Origin: Ylistrum balloti | Taxonomy: Eukaryota | Direction: 5' to 3' | Assembly (NCBI RefSeq): GCF_031769215.1 | Contig: NW_026781945.1 | Coordinates: forward strand, 1,240,001 to 1,304,000 | DNA: 64,000 nucleotides | Shown here: positions 25,232 through 38,700 of the stretch, piece after piece | How the letters are laid out: every line of letters starts with the position of its first letter | Position numbering within the stretch: position 1 is the first letter of the stretch | Program-made: the position numbers and the translations under genes | The notes under the pieces: generated by a model | Told to the model about the DNA's origin: nothing | What the model saw: only the letters and a program-made list of their open reading frames with translations | Database searches by the model: none

Positions 25232-25611
25232 TGCCTCATGGTGTTCTGAGTCCAAAACGATCCCTTGACTCATTTTTGGGGCCATTTGATGATCATGGCT
25301 CCTATGGGTCAAATGAGCACCTGGGCCTGCTCAAGAGTGGGGAGAACCCGACCATATTAGATCCTAAAGGTGTCATTCACACACAGATAACTTCTCAAGG
25401 ATACAAACTGAAAAAGTGTGTTTACTGTGCATCTCATCGTGTGCGGTCCAAGTCTGGCTACATTGTGTATTGTCGATTCATGTGTCAGACATGTGATGTG
25501 GCATTGTGTAAAGGAACAAGGGCCTGCTTTCAGATGTATCACAAAGAATTATTTCATGAACAAAAAAGCAATGACCAACCAACCTCTGATTCCTCACAGT
25601 ACATTCTTTAA
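25232..25611 (+). CDS. V8: piggyBac-type CRD terminal exon
   Basis: Phase-1 acceptor tctctttctccctttcag|tg. KKCVYC..RSKSGYIVYCRFMCQTCDVALC..CFQMYH. Confidence 0.9.
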
Positions 25612-25701
25612 AATGTTAGGTGCATGTAGGTGTTTTTAATGGCTAGATAAAGGATGAGTTTTATACTGTTTGGATAATTCCAAATCCTTTTATCCTTTCA
25701 G

Positions 25702-26324
25702 ACTCGGCATCAGTATCCCACAGCCAAATGCAAAGCTTTCAGAGCCTTTCAAAAAACTTTGCACCATGTCCTTCCAGACAATCACAAATTCTAGGCCAGG
25801 GGAATATTTCAGGTCACCTAGCAAAGCTTGCTTGCATGTCAGTCCCAGAGTTCCATGGTCAGGTGTACAGTAGTAAAGAGCAGGGTAAAGAAAGCCCAAA
25901 CTTTGGTGTTAATCAGCAAAGAACAGGGTCTTTGTATCTAGGAGGTCATCACCATAGACTTGCTCATCTTCAGGGTCTCAGGAAGTTATGTGTGTACTGT
26001 CAGTTTAATAAGATCAAAACCAAATCTGGGTGGTGGATCTATACCCGTTACAAGTGTGATGGTTGTGAAGTGCCTTTATGCAACACCACGTCAGAACGGG
26101 ACTGCTTCATGCTTTACCACAACTTGATGTACGGGGGTTCCAATGTTGAGGGTTCAAAGGTTGGCCAAGCTTCTCCGCTCATTGAGACTCGAACCTCGGT
26201 CCCTGATCCTGTGCTTGTACAAAGCATTACAAATAATGATGCAAAGGTAGAATTCTCACAAAGCACTTCAACTTCTACCTTTTTAGGACAAAATGTTTAC
26301 AATGCAGACAGAGTAGACAACTAG
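25702..26324 (+). CDS. V9: piggyBac-type CRD terminal exon
   Basis: Phase-1 acceptor ccttttatcctttcag|ac. HRLAHLQGLRKLCVYC..KTKSGWWIYTRYKCDGCEVPLC..CFMLYH. Confidence 0.9.
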
Positions 26325-26421
26325 ATACAAGGATTTTACACGACGTGGCGTGTTAATTACATTATAGATATTGCTGCTACAGTGATAGGAGGGTAATCAA
26401 ATGTCCTTTTATCCTTTTCAG

Positions 26422-26834
26422 AACCAGCCTCAAACCCTTACAGCCATTCAAAATCCTTATTAAATTTATCAGGCCACCTAACAACGATGGCTCGAATGTC
26501 CGTACCAAGTGTGCTGCAAGTGGCACCCCAAAGACAAATGGTCATAGCTCAAAGTCGATTTCCACAAGGTCACCCTCCTCAAGGTCATGTTTTAGAGGCG
26601 AGGACTAGTAGCAAGGGCACACTGATGGTGGACCCTAGCCACCAGGGGGATCTACAACACCGTCTGGTGCACTTAGAAGGCCAAAAGAAGCTGTGTGTTT
26701 ATTGCCAATTAAATAACATAAAAACTAAGTCAGGATGGTGGGTTTATACCTGGTACAAATGTGAAGGGTGTGAGGTACCGCTGTGTAACACGACGTCGGA
26801 ACGAGACTGTTTTATACTCTATCACTCACATTGA
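26422..26834 (+). CDS. V10: piggyBac-type CRD terminal exon (close duplicate of V9)
   Basis: Phase-1 acceptor ccttttatccttttcag|aa. HRLVHLEGQKKLCVYC..KTKSGWWVYTWYKCEGCEVPLCNTTSERDCFILYH. Confidence 0.9.
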
Positions 26835-27230
26835 TATATACCTGTTACTTCATGCGGTACGGCAGTGAATTGTGACGGAATCTGTCACGCCTATTAAACT
26901 ATACATGCTATGTACCACTGTGTAATATGACATCAGATTGTCACTGACCATCTACACATGGTACAATATAAGATTTTTTACACAGTAAGATCATTTCTGT
27001 TTATACTTAATACTGGTTAAACAACTGTTGTAATGCCTGTGTGGCATTAATGCCATCTTGTGTCCTTGGTGTGAGTTTCAACACCAGAAATGAAACATAT
27101 TTCATCCCTATACAAACTTTAGTGTAAGTTTGAACGCTAACACCATATGTCCTCACCAAAGTACCTAAAGTCCCTAACCAATATCACATATTTCTTTTGA
27201 AGTACCAAGAATTTACCTGTAATGTGATAC

Positions 27231-27339
27231 AATAAAAAGACCTTTCTGTGTTCTCTAACAAGGTTTTCATCACGCTCTGTCTTTTATATGCCACATTCTT
27301 CCTACACCTGTCATTCTGTGATTTATTTCATGAAATAAA
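27231..27339 (+). terminator. Candidate shared polyadenylation signals for V7-V10
   Basis: AATAAA at 27231 and 27334, followed by GT/T-rich sequence (ttgttttatttgttgt). I saw no AATAAA in the short gaps between V7, V8, V9 and V10. Confidence 0.5.
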
Positions 27340-28028
27340 ATTGTTTTATTTGTTGTAAAGCTTTCACTTGTGTTGTATGTTGTAATCAACAGTTGTGTAC
27401 GAGACGGACACCGTTTTAGTGAGTTCTGCAATAACTATTTATAACAGAGAATCTATCAATACTTGTCTCAGAACCTTAGATACCTAAGAGTGTTTGATAT
27501 CAATAAGAAGGCCTACTGCGGGTTTACTCTCCTGATGATGTTGTAAGGATTTGTCCTAAGATAATCTTCAGATATTTTGTTCAGAGTTTTGTCATAAGAT
27601 CATGTCCAAATAATCCTTCACAAGCTGTAGTCTAAAGATAACTTTAGATGAACTCACAGAACCTGTACCTTATCCTAAGATTATCACAAACATACTCTTA
27701 ATCTATTACTGATTTTACCTCTGATAATTCTCTAGGCCTGCTCCTACATATCTCAGATAATCCTGCATGGCCCATAAGAAATTTTTTCAGAGCTTGCAAC
27801 AAAGATTACATGTATAGCACCTTGGACCACCTCCAGGGATAACCAGAGATATCCAGATACTGGCCTAGTTTGACTATATATTGGAATACACTAAAAGTTT
27901 GATATCTAATAATGTAGGCTTTTAGATCAGGTCATTAAAGAATTAGCTAATACTGAAGGTTTAGTTTTAAGTATTGAAGGTTTCTGGAACAGGAGAGATG
28001 ATTTTGGCCATTCTGTTTTATCTTTCAG

Positions 28029-28411
28029 ACCCTGGCCCCCTTAGATCTGTGTGTGGATCCTCAGCAACCTTTGGCAGCTTAAGTCCCTTTAAGTCCAATA
28101 TTACCAAGCACCTGGAGGGGCTGGGGCATAGAATAGATAGAAATGTAGAGAATAAGCCACGACTGTGTGTGATGTGTCAGGCTGGCAAAGTGAAGACCAG
28201 GAAGGGCTGGAAGGTGTACTCTCGCTTCCACTGTTCTGCCTGTGTCGTCCCTCTGTGTATTGGGGAAAGGGACTGTTTTGGTACCTTCCATAAGTCTCTT
28301 TGTGAACCCTTCCTGAACCAAGAGAGTGCTGCTGTTCCCAACATAGGGCCTATCATCCTCTCGAGTCACATGTATCCCTCCATTGAGGATGAAAAACCAA
28401 AATATCATTAA
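28029..28411 (+). CDS. V11: piggyBac-type CRD terminal exon
   Basis: Phase-1 acceptor ctgttttatctttcag|ac. PRLCVMC..KTRKGWKVYSRFHCSACVVPLC..CFGTFH. Confidence 0.9.
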
Positions 28412-29077
28412 ATTTAAATTGAATATTTTGTGTCTGGCAAAGCTCATCACAAAATGGCTTCATTCACTTGTCGTCTGCAACTTTGACTTTGTCATGAACA
28501 ACTTTGACCCTGCCATTGCCTTCTGTCTCCTTTCACTGGAGGAAAATGTATGTGATACCACAAATTACCTTCATCAACTGTGAAGGTGTAGAAAAATAAA
28601 GTGGTTGCAAGGCAAAGTAGTTGTGTAAAAACGGTTGTTTATATCCTTGCAGAAAATGTAATAATTTTGATTCAGTACTGTGCAGACAGTTAAATCAAGA
28701 GTCCAGATATCTTTTCTCAAATCCTGAAAATATTTATTCATCTTTCTTCAAAATTGTTAGCATATGACATCTTAATGCAAAGAGTGAGAAAGAGAGAAAA
28801 AAAAAAAGAGAAAAAGAATTACGTTAAAAGATCTTCATAACTTTGTAGGCACAATTTATTTCATATCAATATAGTGAATAAATTAATTGATTACCAATAT
28901 CTGAAATTGCTGTACATACAAGATTACCTTAACTCCTATCCTTCACCAGAGGCAAAAAAAACGTATTGTATTATATGCATGACTTGGTACATAATGTATT
29001 AATAGTTTCTTGAAGACGAGAATAAAAAATAAAAAATATCAAGAAAAAAACTGAGTGCGTTTATTTTGTTGTTTCAG

Positions 29078-29403
29078 GACCGATGGATGCCCTAACAATG
29101 CGTGCTAACCAATCACTGAGCATGTCGGTCACGTCTCCCCTATCTCTAGATTTGGAACGTATAGTTGACTCGCAGGTTAACAGGCATATCCCCACTAAGA
29201 CCAGGCCCTCAAAAGTGTGTGTTGTGTGTCGCTTCAATAACGTAAAAACTAAGAGAGGGTGGCGGGTGTATACCTCAGACAAATGTGCTATGTGTAATGT
29301 TGCTTTGTGTACCGGCCCTCGTGCCTGTTTCGTAAAGTTCCATAATCTCTCGGACGATGACAGAACTCAAGTCTTAGCAAATCCACCATTTCCATACTTG
29401 TGA
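29078..29403 (+). CDS. V12: piggyBac-type CRD terminal exon
   Basis: Phase-1 acceptor ttattttgttgtttcag|ga. SKVCVVC..KTKRGWRVYTSDKCAMCNVALC..CFVKFH. Confidence 0.9.
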
Positions 29404-30000
29404 ATATTGACAACATAGCCGAAAGCAGATTATTGTCCCACACTATCTAGTTAGGAACACCTATTTGGGGTGATACAGTAAGCAGGGGACTGTCACATAT
29501 CTCTGACCTAGAGTTAGGACAGTTGATTTTTACAAGACAAAGATTACAGCAGTATAAATGGTTGGGCTTATTACTAAGCATTGACATGTTACTGGATATA
29601 TACAGAAAGGGCTGTGTGATCCAGATACCTACCAGACTGTACATAAACGGATACAGGATAGTTCGTTAAAACAACACTGCTTCAGATACAAAGTAAATGA
29701 TTCGGAGATATTTGGGTAGTTCGGGAAAAGGCAAACTTTTCAAAGATTGTATGGTATATGTACTTGCCAGCAGTTTCTATTATTAGGTTAGCCAGGATGG
29801 TTCTTGTCAACTAAAGAGTCTAGATACATAGCATTTGATACATATCAAAGCTACCTATTTCAAATATTTGATCAACAGTTTTTAAAAGTCTGGCATTTCA
29901 TTGTTGACATTGACACTAGATGGTTCAAATGAATCATATAGTCTGGTTACTGGAATATCCAGGTACAATATGATTGACAAGTGGTTCAGACAATTGCCAT

Positions 30001-30500
30001 CTGGTTCAGATGAGTAATGTGGTTCACATAACTACTATATGATTCAGATGAGTGACGTGGTTCACATAACTGGTTCAGATGAGTAATGTGGTTCACATAA
30101 CTGCTGTCTGGTTCAGATGAGTAATGTGGTTCACATAACTGGTTCAGATGAGTAATGTGGTTCACATAACTGCTGTCTGGTTCAGATGAGTAATGTGGTT
30201 CACATAACTGGTTCAGATGAGTAATATGGTTCACATAACTGCTATATGATTAAGATGAGTGACGTGGTTCACATAACTGGTTCAGATGAGTAATGTGGTT
30301 CACATAACTGCTGTCTGGTTCAGATGAGTAACATGGTTCACATAACTGGTTCAGATGAGTAATGTGGTTCACATAACTGCTATATGATTCAGATGAGTAA
30401 TGTGGTTCACATAACTGGTTCAGATGAGTAACGTGGTTCACATAACTGCTGTCTGGTTCAGATGAGTAACATGGTTCACATAACTGCTACCGGGTTCAGA
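30001..30500. repeat. Minisatellite of alternating 31- and 38-bp units (69-bp higher-order period)
   Basis: Core ttcagatgagtaatgtggttcacataa. The spurious minus-strand ORFs show a 23-aa (69-nt) period. Confidence 0.92.
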
Positions 30501-32481
30501 TCTGTGAGGTTGTTCACATTATATATAAATTCATAATTCTTGTGAAGCCTGGCGCATTTCAGATGAAGTGGGGATGAGCAACAAGTGTATATTTTATGGT
30601 TTACAAGTTTTTTTTCATCCTTGCATTTGTATCTGAATAATTTATGATATAAATGTGTAAACTAGATGATATATACGAAAGAGAATTTTTTATAACTCTC
30701 CATTATCAGTTGAAGTCAGTTCCAATCTATGAATTCTCTAACAACAACCTGTAATGTCTATATGAAAACACAATATGTATATGTTACTCAATATTTCTAA
30801 CCTTATAGGAAAATGCAGAATTTGTGTTTATGGTTATGTACTGCTAGCTGGCCTACTGATGTTGTAAAATAAAACTGTGACTAGACTTATATGGTGTTGG
30901 TGCTTTTTGTAAGGAGTGGCACATATAAATATCCTCAGGGAACCAATGTAATAGAAGGTTTATAACAAGGGATTTCAGTTATCACTAACAGGAGTCTTGT
31001 GATAAAGCAGAGCTCAAAAGGTGAAAAGCTTTGTCAGCTTAAATATTATGTACATAATAATTAATTCAGAACATTGTAAGGTATTCTGTGCATACATGTA
31101 CACTGTTATGTGTTGACATGAACAATTTAATTTCTATTTATGAAATTTTGGTTTTAGAAATTTATATTAAAATATGAGAAAACCATCACTTTAGACATTT
31201 TGATTGATGCTATAAAGCTATCAATTGCTGTTGGAGCCCCAATCTGACTGTTGTGTGACCTAGCAGCCTGGTAAAGAAGCCTGTCTGAGTCATACACAGC
31301 CCAGGCAAACCACTAGGCTTGTCATGTTTGCCATGATAAACAGCTTACATGACAAGAGGCATCCAATGGGGAACTTCAAAACAGCAGCTGTAGGATTTTC
31401 TTCTCTCATTCCTAAATAAATAAGATCTCTGCTCAATCGTGTGTTTAGTTATGTTTGATGTATGGAGTGTAAAATATAAGAATTATTTAGAAGTGGTTAT
31501 GTAACTGCTACACGTATCAGAAAAGATGTTTACATAATTATAGTGTTTCCATATATAAAAACCTGTATTGATAACTTGAAATTTGGAGACCATCCAAATG
31601 GAGTTCTCTATTTTGATACCTCAAGGACAATTATCTCCATATGATAACTTGAAAGTCTGAGGCCCTTCAGGGGGTAAACTGTCTATTCACATGTTCTCTG
31701 AAACAGGAAATTGTTTTCACCCGTTTAAAGGCATTAAAGGGATTTCATTCTGGAACACTTGATATAAAACCAGTAAAAACAGTAATAACATGAAATAAAA
31801 AGGAAACTACCAGGGACTAGATGACTTTACCTTGTAGTGATGGTATTCTATTTAATGGCTAGACTGGTGTTTACATAACCTGATAATAGTGTACTGCACT
31901 GTATCATGTATCATGTATCATGATGACTAGAAGTGTTGTCGGTAGGATCCTGTGCCAACCTCTATAACACTGTTATTTTAATATTTAACCAACCTTTCCA
32001 CTATCCCAATACTTAAAATAAATTTTCATCACAAATAGAACAGTTTTTATGTTTGTTATTGTAAACAAAATTACATAACTGAGGAGATACACTGTTGTTG
32101 TGCAATGCAGCTTCACACCACAAGCCTTCACTGTCATTAAACATTGATGATGTATTATCATACAAACTGACTGTGTCATCTTTACATAAAATTCCTTTAG
32201 AAGGTTAAATTACACAATGAGTTGTCATGGCATTCACAAATATGTAAAGGGAGCTAACTCCTTTTTTCTACAGAAATTTTATAGTTATTGCTTATAATGA
32301 TATAGGTAAGGAATAATATTGATTTGATGTTAATAGTTTCACATTCACACGGTCATCTCTTTATCACTGCATATTGTGTAACTGAGAGGGAACAGTAACA
32401 TAAAAACTGACAAGTCTATAAAGATACATACCTTCAGATGTATACCAAACATTAACACAATAACATTGTTTGTACTTTGAC

Positions 32482-32655
32482 ACCAGGCATATACCATGTT
32501 ACAAATGTTTGTACATTCACCAGACATACCATGTTACAAATGTTTGTACATTCACCAGACATACCATGTTACAAATGTTTGTACATCACCAGACATACCA
32601 TGTTACAAATGTTTGTACCTTCACCAGACATACCATGTTACAGGTGTTTGTACCT
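32482..32655. repeat. 35-bp tandem repeat, about 5 copies
   Basis: Unit accagacataccatgttacaaatgtttgtacattc at 32519, 32554, 32588 and 32623. Confidence 0.92.
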
Positions 32656-32822
32656 ACAACTATGTTTCGGATTACAATTGCTTAAATTTTATTTCAAGCC
32701 GTATCAATACACAAAAAAACCCAACCCTTTTACAGGCATAGTCTTTTAACTGAATTTTCTCAAATAAGTTCTAGGTTCACTGGGCTTTCACATTCTACAT
32801 CAAAATTTCTTTTTCCTTTCAG

Positions 32823-33079
32823 AGCGAGGTGATTCCGTCCCATTTCCCACGATGCCTCCTCTTTTCCCTTCCACCATGCACATGTCACATCACAGGGCTG
32901 TTCGTAACCATGGGAACAAGTACACCACATGCTTCTTCTGTCTCAGAAATAAAGTGAAGACAAAATCAGGGTGGCGTGTGAACACTTACTATAAGTGTGA
33001 ACAGTGTAATGTGCCACTCTGTATCGGCAAGGACAGAAACTGTTTCGACCTGTTCCACAACATTTTAATGAAGCAATGA
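32823..33079 (+). CDS. V13: piggyBac-type CRD terminal exon
   Basis: Phase-1 acceptor tttctttttcctttcag|ag. HRAVRNHGNKYTTCFFC..KTKSGWRVNTYYKCEQCNVPLC..CFDLFH. Confidence 0.9.
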
Positions 33080-34093
33080 ATATGCATGCTTGCCATTGAC
33101 TATTATTCTTTATTACAACAGTTCGTTTAGAAGTTTGGCACAGACCTTTGTACAGAGATTGAGACTTTTAAGTTGCAGATAAGTGAGAATTGTGTTTAGA
33201 GAGAGGTACACCTGGAATCTTTCACGCAGCTGAACTTCATCGTGCTGTTTTGACAATAGGGAGAAAATAAGGGGTGTACTAATGTTTGACATTATTTTTA
33301 AACTTTTTGTGCAAATTCAACACTTAATGAAAAGAAACAGTTCCAATACAGATACAGCCATTATAAAGAACAGGTTATGACTTATTATCTATGTGAAGTG
33401 AAAAACCCCAAAATTCATCAGCTGACATTTGCAGGGGAGGTAACCAGCATTAACTCACATTTTCTCAAGTAGAGATTAAATAATATACCAAATGGAAAAG
33501 AATAACAATCATCTTTAACAATTGCACAATGAAAATTATAAATTTAGAAGAAGGAATATAGATAGATGTGTAATAATGTTATTATTCAACTCCTTGGTTT
33601 TCACAAATACTTAAATTTAGATAAAAATACACCATGAATTTATGAACAGTTGATTATTAGTTTTTTCTTTCTTTTTTTTTTTTTTTTTTTCCTCTCCTCT
33701 TGTAATTTTAGTTCTCCTGCAAGACTTTGTAAAAATTCTTTCAAATGACACACTTGAGTATGCAACATTATGATATCATCCAACTTGGTAAAATAATAGC
33801 TTTCATTGAATGTATTGGTGTTTATCTACCTCCACCAAGGACACAAGTTGATAGTTAATATCATTGTACAGTTACTAAATTAAGGGAAGGAATATTGACA
33901 AAGCAAGAACATGGATCTATCCCTAATATATCAAATTGATAGACCTGTTTATCACAGCAACTATAAGGCTTCTGTAAACTGCATACTACTTTACAGCAGC
34001 ATGTTGGGATATGTGTTGATTGGGACCATGCTTAAGATTTTTAGTACTAAGTTCGGGCTATATATCTAAAGCGTGGTTTCTTTATCCTTTCAG

Positions 34094-34422
34094 ACACCAA
34101 GTCTGGCCTGTTCCATCCTCCTTTCTCCCAATCTTCAAGTGTAGAACTCTTCCCGCCTCTGACAGGCGACCTCACCCAACACATCCCTGTCAAGAACGAG
34201 AACAACAAATACACCAAGTGCTTTCTGTGTCTGAGGAATAAAACTAAGACAAAGTCTGGTTGGCGTGTCAACACTTACTACAAATGTAGCCATTGTTCCA
34301 TCCCTCTGTGTAACAACCGAGAGAGGAACTGTTTTGAGACTTTCCATCGCCAGCTTCTTGCATACAAATCAGAGGCTAGTCAATACACAAACCCACAGCT
34401 ATTTAAGTACCCATTTGAATGA
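34094..34422 (+). CDS. V14: piggyBac-type CRD terminal exon (absent from the ORF track because it has no start codon)
   Basis: Phase-1 acceptor ggtttctttatcctttcag|ac. Manual translation: DTKSGLFHPPFSQSSSVELFPPLTGDLTQHIPVKNENNKYTKCFLCLRNKTKTKSGWRVNTYYKCSHCSIPLCNNRERNCFETFHRQLLAYKSEASQYTNPQLFKYPFE*. Confidence 0.9.
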
Positions 34423-34655
34423 CCCTAGTCTTCGGTGCTGTTAGAGCTTTATAGGCATGGCCCTGTCTGTGATAGGTAGATATTCTTCCCCCCTTGTATA
34501 AACTCCTACAGGTTAAGATAGTGAACTTGTATGGAGTGATGCAGTGAATTTGGTGTGATAGCTAAACAGAATTCGTAAGCCATCTTTTTATTTGTGGCCT
34601 CTTAACCCTTTTTGTTGTCGTGTTTGTAATTGGTGTTGTTTCTTTATCCTTTCAG

Positions 34656-35608
34656 AAGATCCCTGGGTAGCCTCCTCAGTATCAGGCTCTCCTTTCCCGG
34701 CCTCACCTTCTTGGAGAAGTTCGAGTCATGTGGGTACCCTGCCCACTAGACTTGCCATCCACAAACTCATTCCTATCACTGGCCCCATCAATAGAAAGCT
34801 TTGTGTTTACTGTCAGCTAAATAAAACTAAGACCAAGTCAGGCTGGTTGGTGTACAGTCGCTGCAAGTGTGAGGCGTGTGATGTGGCGCTGTGTAAGAGG
34901 GAGAGGGGATGTTTTAAACTCTACCATGATCTCATCTTCGGCGGTGTCAATGAGGCGAACGAGTCTCAGACGGGCGTCGGTTCAAATGTGAACCTGAAGC
35001 AGTTCATCGTCAAGCCTCATAGTGGTGTCACCATGTCTCAGGCTAATGTCTCCTCGTCAGTTTTAAGTAACACTGCACCATACTCCAAGTATGCCTTGTC
35101 ACACCATGTCGCCTCATTGTCACAATCAAATTTGTCGTCTACTAATCAAAATGTCTCCTCGACACATCCAAATAATTCTCATGTTCTGGTTTGTCCTACT
35201 TCTCCAAAAAGAGAATACCACCAGTTACCTTCCTCATCTGTTGACAGTACAATGTCAACTGGTCACAGCAGACCTGACTTTGAGGAACCTCTTGCCCTCA
35301 CAATGTCCGCACATGTAACTGCAAACTCGGGTCCTGTGACAGCAAGTACTGGTCATGCGATGCCAAGTTCTAGTCATATGGCACCGAGTCCTGATATGGT
35401 GACAGAAAATTCTGATAACATGGCTGCAGATTCTGGACAAGACATCATTATTTCCAGTCAGGAGACTTCCGATACAGATCATGTGTCAGAAAGCACTGCT
35501 CAGGTGACTGGCAGTTCAGATCATGTGACTGGAAATGCTTCCTATGCCTACGGAAGTGTAGTATTCCCAACTCGAAGCTTTATGCATGACAGGACAGAGG
35601 AAGGCTAG
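34656..35608 (+). CDS. V15: piggyBac-type CRD terminal exon with long S/T/H-rich tail
   Basis: Phase-1 acceptor gtttctttatcctttcag|aa. HKLIPITGPINRKLCVYC..KTKSGWLVYSRCKCEACDVALC..CFKLYH. Confidence 0.9.
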
Positions 35609-36366
35609 AAATAGTGCTACATTTTGTGATTTAAATGTTTCTCATCCTAAACCAGAAATGACACACACTGCTAACATCTCATTAGCGTGAACATTGATAA
35701 ATGAACAAACTTAATTCATATGCAGATATGTATTCACTAACTCGAAAAACACATTAACATTTGTGTGAGTATTGTGATTGTATACATAATCCAATAGCAA
35801 GCGATTGCCTTGGATATGGAAGATATGAAATAGCTTTTTATATGCAATACAAATGGAGATCTTTGTCTGGGTTATTGCTTGTCATGGCAGGTGAAGACTT
35901 GTGTACAAATTGTAACTTGATGGTGGAGGTGTTTTCTGTCCTACTTACTTTACTTGTAACCTAGCCTTTAGACATTAAACAACAGAGTTTACCTTTGGGT
36001 TTGATCTCTTCAGTATATATATATTTTTTTGATAGTTTGGATTTTCAGAAATAATATTGTACTGTCTATAAATAGAGTTTGATAAGAAATATTGACAGCA
36101 TGGTCCAATATTGATTCCGGATCCAAACAAAGAAATGTTGGATGTGTTTTACTAGATACATGATCAATAAAATAAAGTGCTGATATGTAAATATATATGA
36201 AAGGTACTGTATAACACACTACTTAATTTGAACAGAAATGGTGTACAAAATACTTTATATTGGTTATTAGAAATAAACTGTGTCTTGTTTGGAAGTCACC
36301 ATAAAGTTTCTGGCTGAAAATCACATCGTAAACAAAATTGAAAGTCATAGCGTGGGCTCGTTTTAA

Positions 36367-36618
36367 ATAATATTTGTTTGTGAAAGGGCTTAGGGTGAGC
36401 TCATTTGAAATATTTTTTGTGAAAGGGCTTAGGGTTGGTTCATTTGAAAAAAATATTTGTGAAAAGGCTTAGGGTGGGCTTATTCGAAAAAATATTTGTT
36501 TGTGAAAGGGCTTAGGATGGGTTTATTGGAAATAACATTTGTTTGTGAATGGGCTTAGAGGGAACATATTGGAAATAATATTTGTTTGTGAAAGGGCTTA
36601 GAATGGGCTTATTTGAAA
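36367..36618. repeat. Degenerate ~43-47 bp tandem repeat, about 5-6 copies
   Basis: Recurrent tttgtgaaagggcttagg(g)tgggct core. Confidence 0.8.
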
Positions 36619-37527
36619 TAGTGGTTGGTTTTGGCAGGGCTTATTGTGAGATAGATGTACAAAATTCATATCATAGAGTTTGTCTTGACTTTCTTTTGAT
36701 TTTTTAGTTTCCAAAGACAATTTTTAAAGTTTCAGTGTTGTAAACTTTTATGGAAGTATTAAAACCAGAGGATCAGTAATATAGTCCATACATCATTATG
36801 TTATATTGAGAGGATATTGAGTTGAACAGGGAATGTTGTATAGAGTTGTGTGTGAAAGAAGAGTATAGTTACAGATGAAATTTACAGGAGACAATTTACA
36901 GGGATAAATTATGAATTGGTAACTAAATGCTCAACAAATCTAACAAGTTAGCCATTTACAAGGTCATCATGAAACTACAAGACAAACCTATTTGTTCTTG
37001 CAGAATTCCTGGAATTCAAATTTTTTCTGTGGTCATATTTATTCTACTTTCATAATACTGGAAGGGACATTTATTATTTACTATTGTGTCATTCTGTCTG
37101 TAACTTCCTTACATTTTGTTTTTAATTTCATGCTTTGTTATAGATCTCTGGCACTTTCTATTTCTGTTAGATAGGGTCAAAGTATGTACTGAAAGAACGT
37201 ACCACATGGCTTCCTTCTTTTGAAATGATTGATAAATGGTAAGATTTTGTGTATTAACCACTGGAAATTAAGTCAGAACGATTCAGCAGAACTCAACTAT
37301 AGATATTACATATTATGAAACATATTCGCACAAAGCTTAGATTACTGTTGATGGAGATCAAGCCATATCAGAAAGGCCAACAAATCCAAGTAAGCTCCCA
37401 TCACTGTGCCTCATTGCACCGTTACAGTGTGCTAGAGGATGAACTTTTATTGGCCATATGATAATGGGTCATGTGATGTGTCTAGTCCAATCACAGTTGA
37501 GGACTTGGTTCTGTTTTATCCTTCTAG

Positions 37528-38132
37528 TACCTGGGATGGACCTGAAGCTTGACCCTGACTCAGTAGTGTCTGCTTACCAGCCATCAACCCTTGAGGAGGT
37601 GGACGACATGCTCGATCTCCAACAGACATTCAGTTCTGATATTGGCTTGTATGAGGGAAACACAGGTATTGTCAAAAGACGTGCCCGTGGGCCCAGGAGG
37701 GGCACGTATGGGCGTTTGATGAACCGGAAAGAGCATGTATGTCCAGAACCAGGCTGTGACTTCAGAACTACTAGACTATATAACTTCCAGAGGCACTGTC
37801 GCATCCATAATGACGATGCAAAACTAAAGTGTGACATCTGCCAGAAAAAATTTCTGGATGCATATGAATTGAAACATCATGTTGCTGGTCACTCTGGTGC
37901 CTTCAAATGCAATCTGTGTGATCGTAGTTTCGCCTCGCGTATGGGGTTCTATGAGCACACTAAGTTTCACCAAGAGTCTGACGAGAGGTTTGACTGTCAA
38001 ATGTGCGGTAAAACTTTCTGGAAAAAGTCACGATATGTCTATCATCTGAGAGCATATCACAATAAGATACTAGTTGAAGAGGAGGAGGGTAGATTTTCAT
38101 TGCAAGATGCTGACACTAATTCTTCATCTTAG
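37528..38132 (+). CDS. V16: 4 C2H2 zinc fingers preceded by a basic patch
   Basis: Phase-1 acceptor ctgttttatccttctag|ta. KRRARGPRR is followed by CPEPGC..HCRIH, CDIC..HVAGH, CNLC..HTKFH and CQMC..HLRAYH. Confidence 0.9.
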
Positions 38133-38582
38133 CTTTTTTCCCCTGAGAACAATGGGATAAAGACAACAATATTTAGCATGGTTTTACCAAGTTATCAGTT
38201 GTCAAGAGACAAAACTTCCTAAAAGTGACATTTTCAGAATATCTTAATATTTATTGGTTGTTAATTTTCCACATAAAATTGGAATGCAAGAACACAGCTA
38301 TCATAATTGTAAACAGTTGATTAGGGTGTTTTTGTACTGCCTCTGATTTTGGCAATGTTTGGTGCATAATTAAATTAACATCGCTCCATGTCTTGCATGC
38401 TCTACTGATCTACAGGCTTGTGACAGGAGATAATCAAGACATTCATAATTGAAATGTCAGTCCAGGACAGGTTGTAAATTTATGTACAGATGTATAAAAA
38501 CAGTACAAAATTGTAGATAATAAGAAAAATGGAGAGTACAATATGTTTGGAGGGAAGAGTTGTTATATCTACTGTGTTTCGA

Positions 38583-38700
38583 GTGTAATGTCTGATACAT
38601 TTAGAGAGTAATGTCTGATATGTTTAGAGAGAATGTTTCTAATGTGTTTAGAGAGAGTAATGTCTGATATGTTTAGAGAGAATGCTTCTAATGTGTTCAG
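38583..38700. repeat. Short degenerate tandem repeat (~47 bp, 2-3 copies)
   Basis: gagagtaatgtctgatatgtttagagagaatg occurs twice, with partial flanks. Confidence 0.7.
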
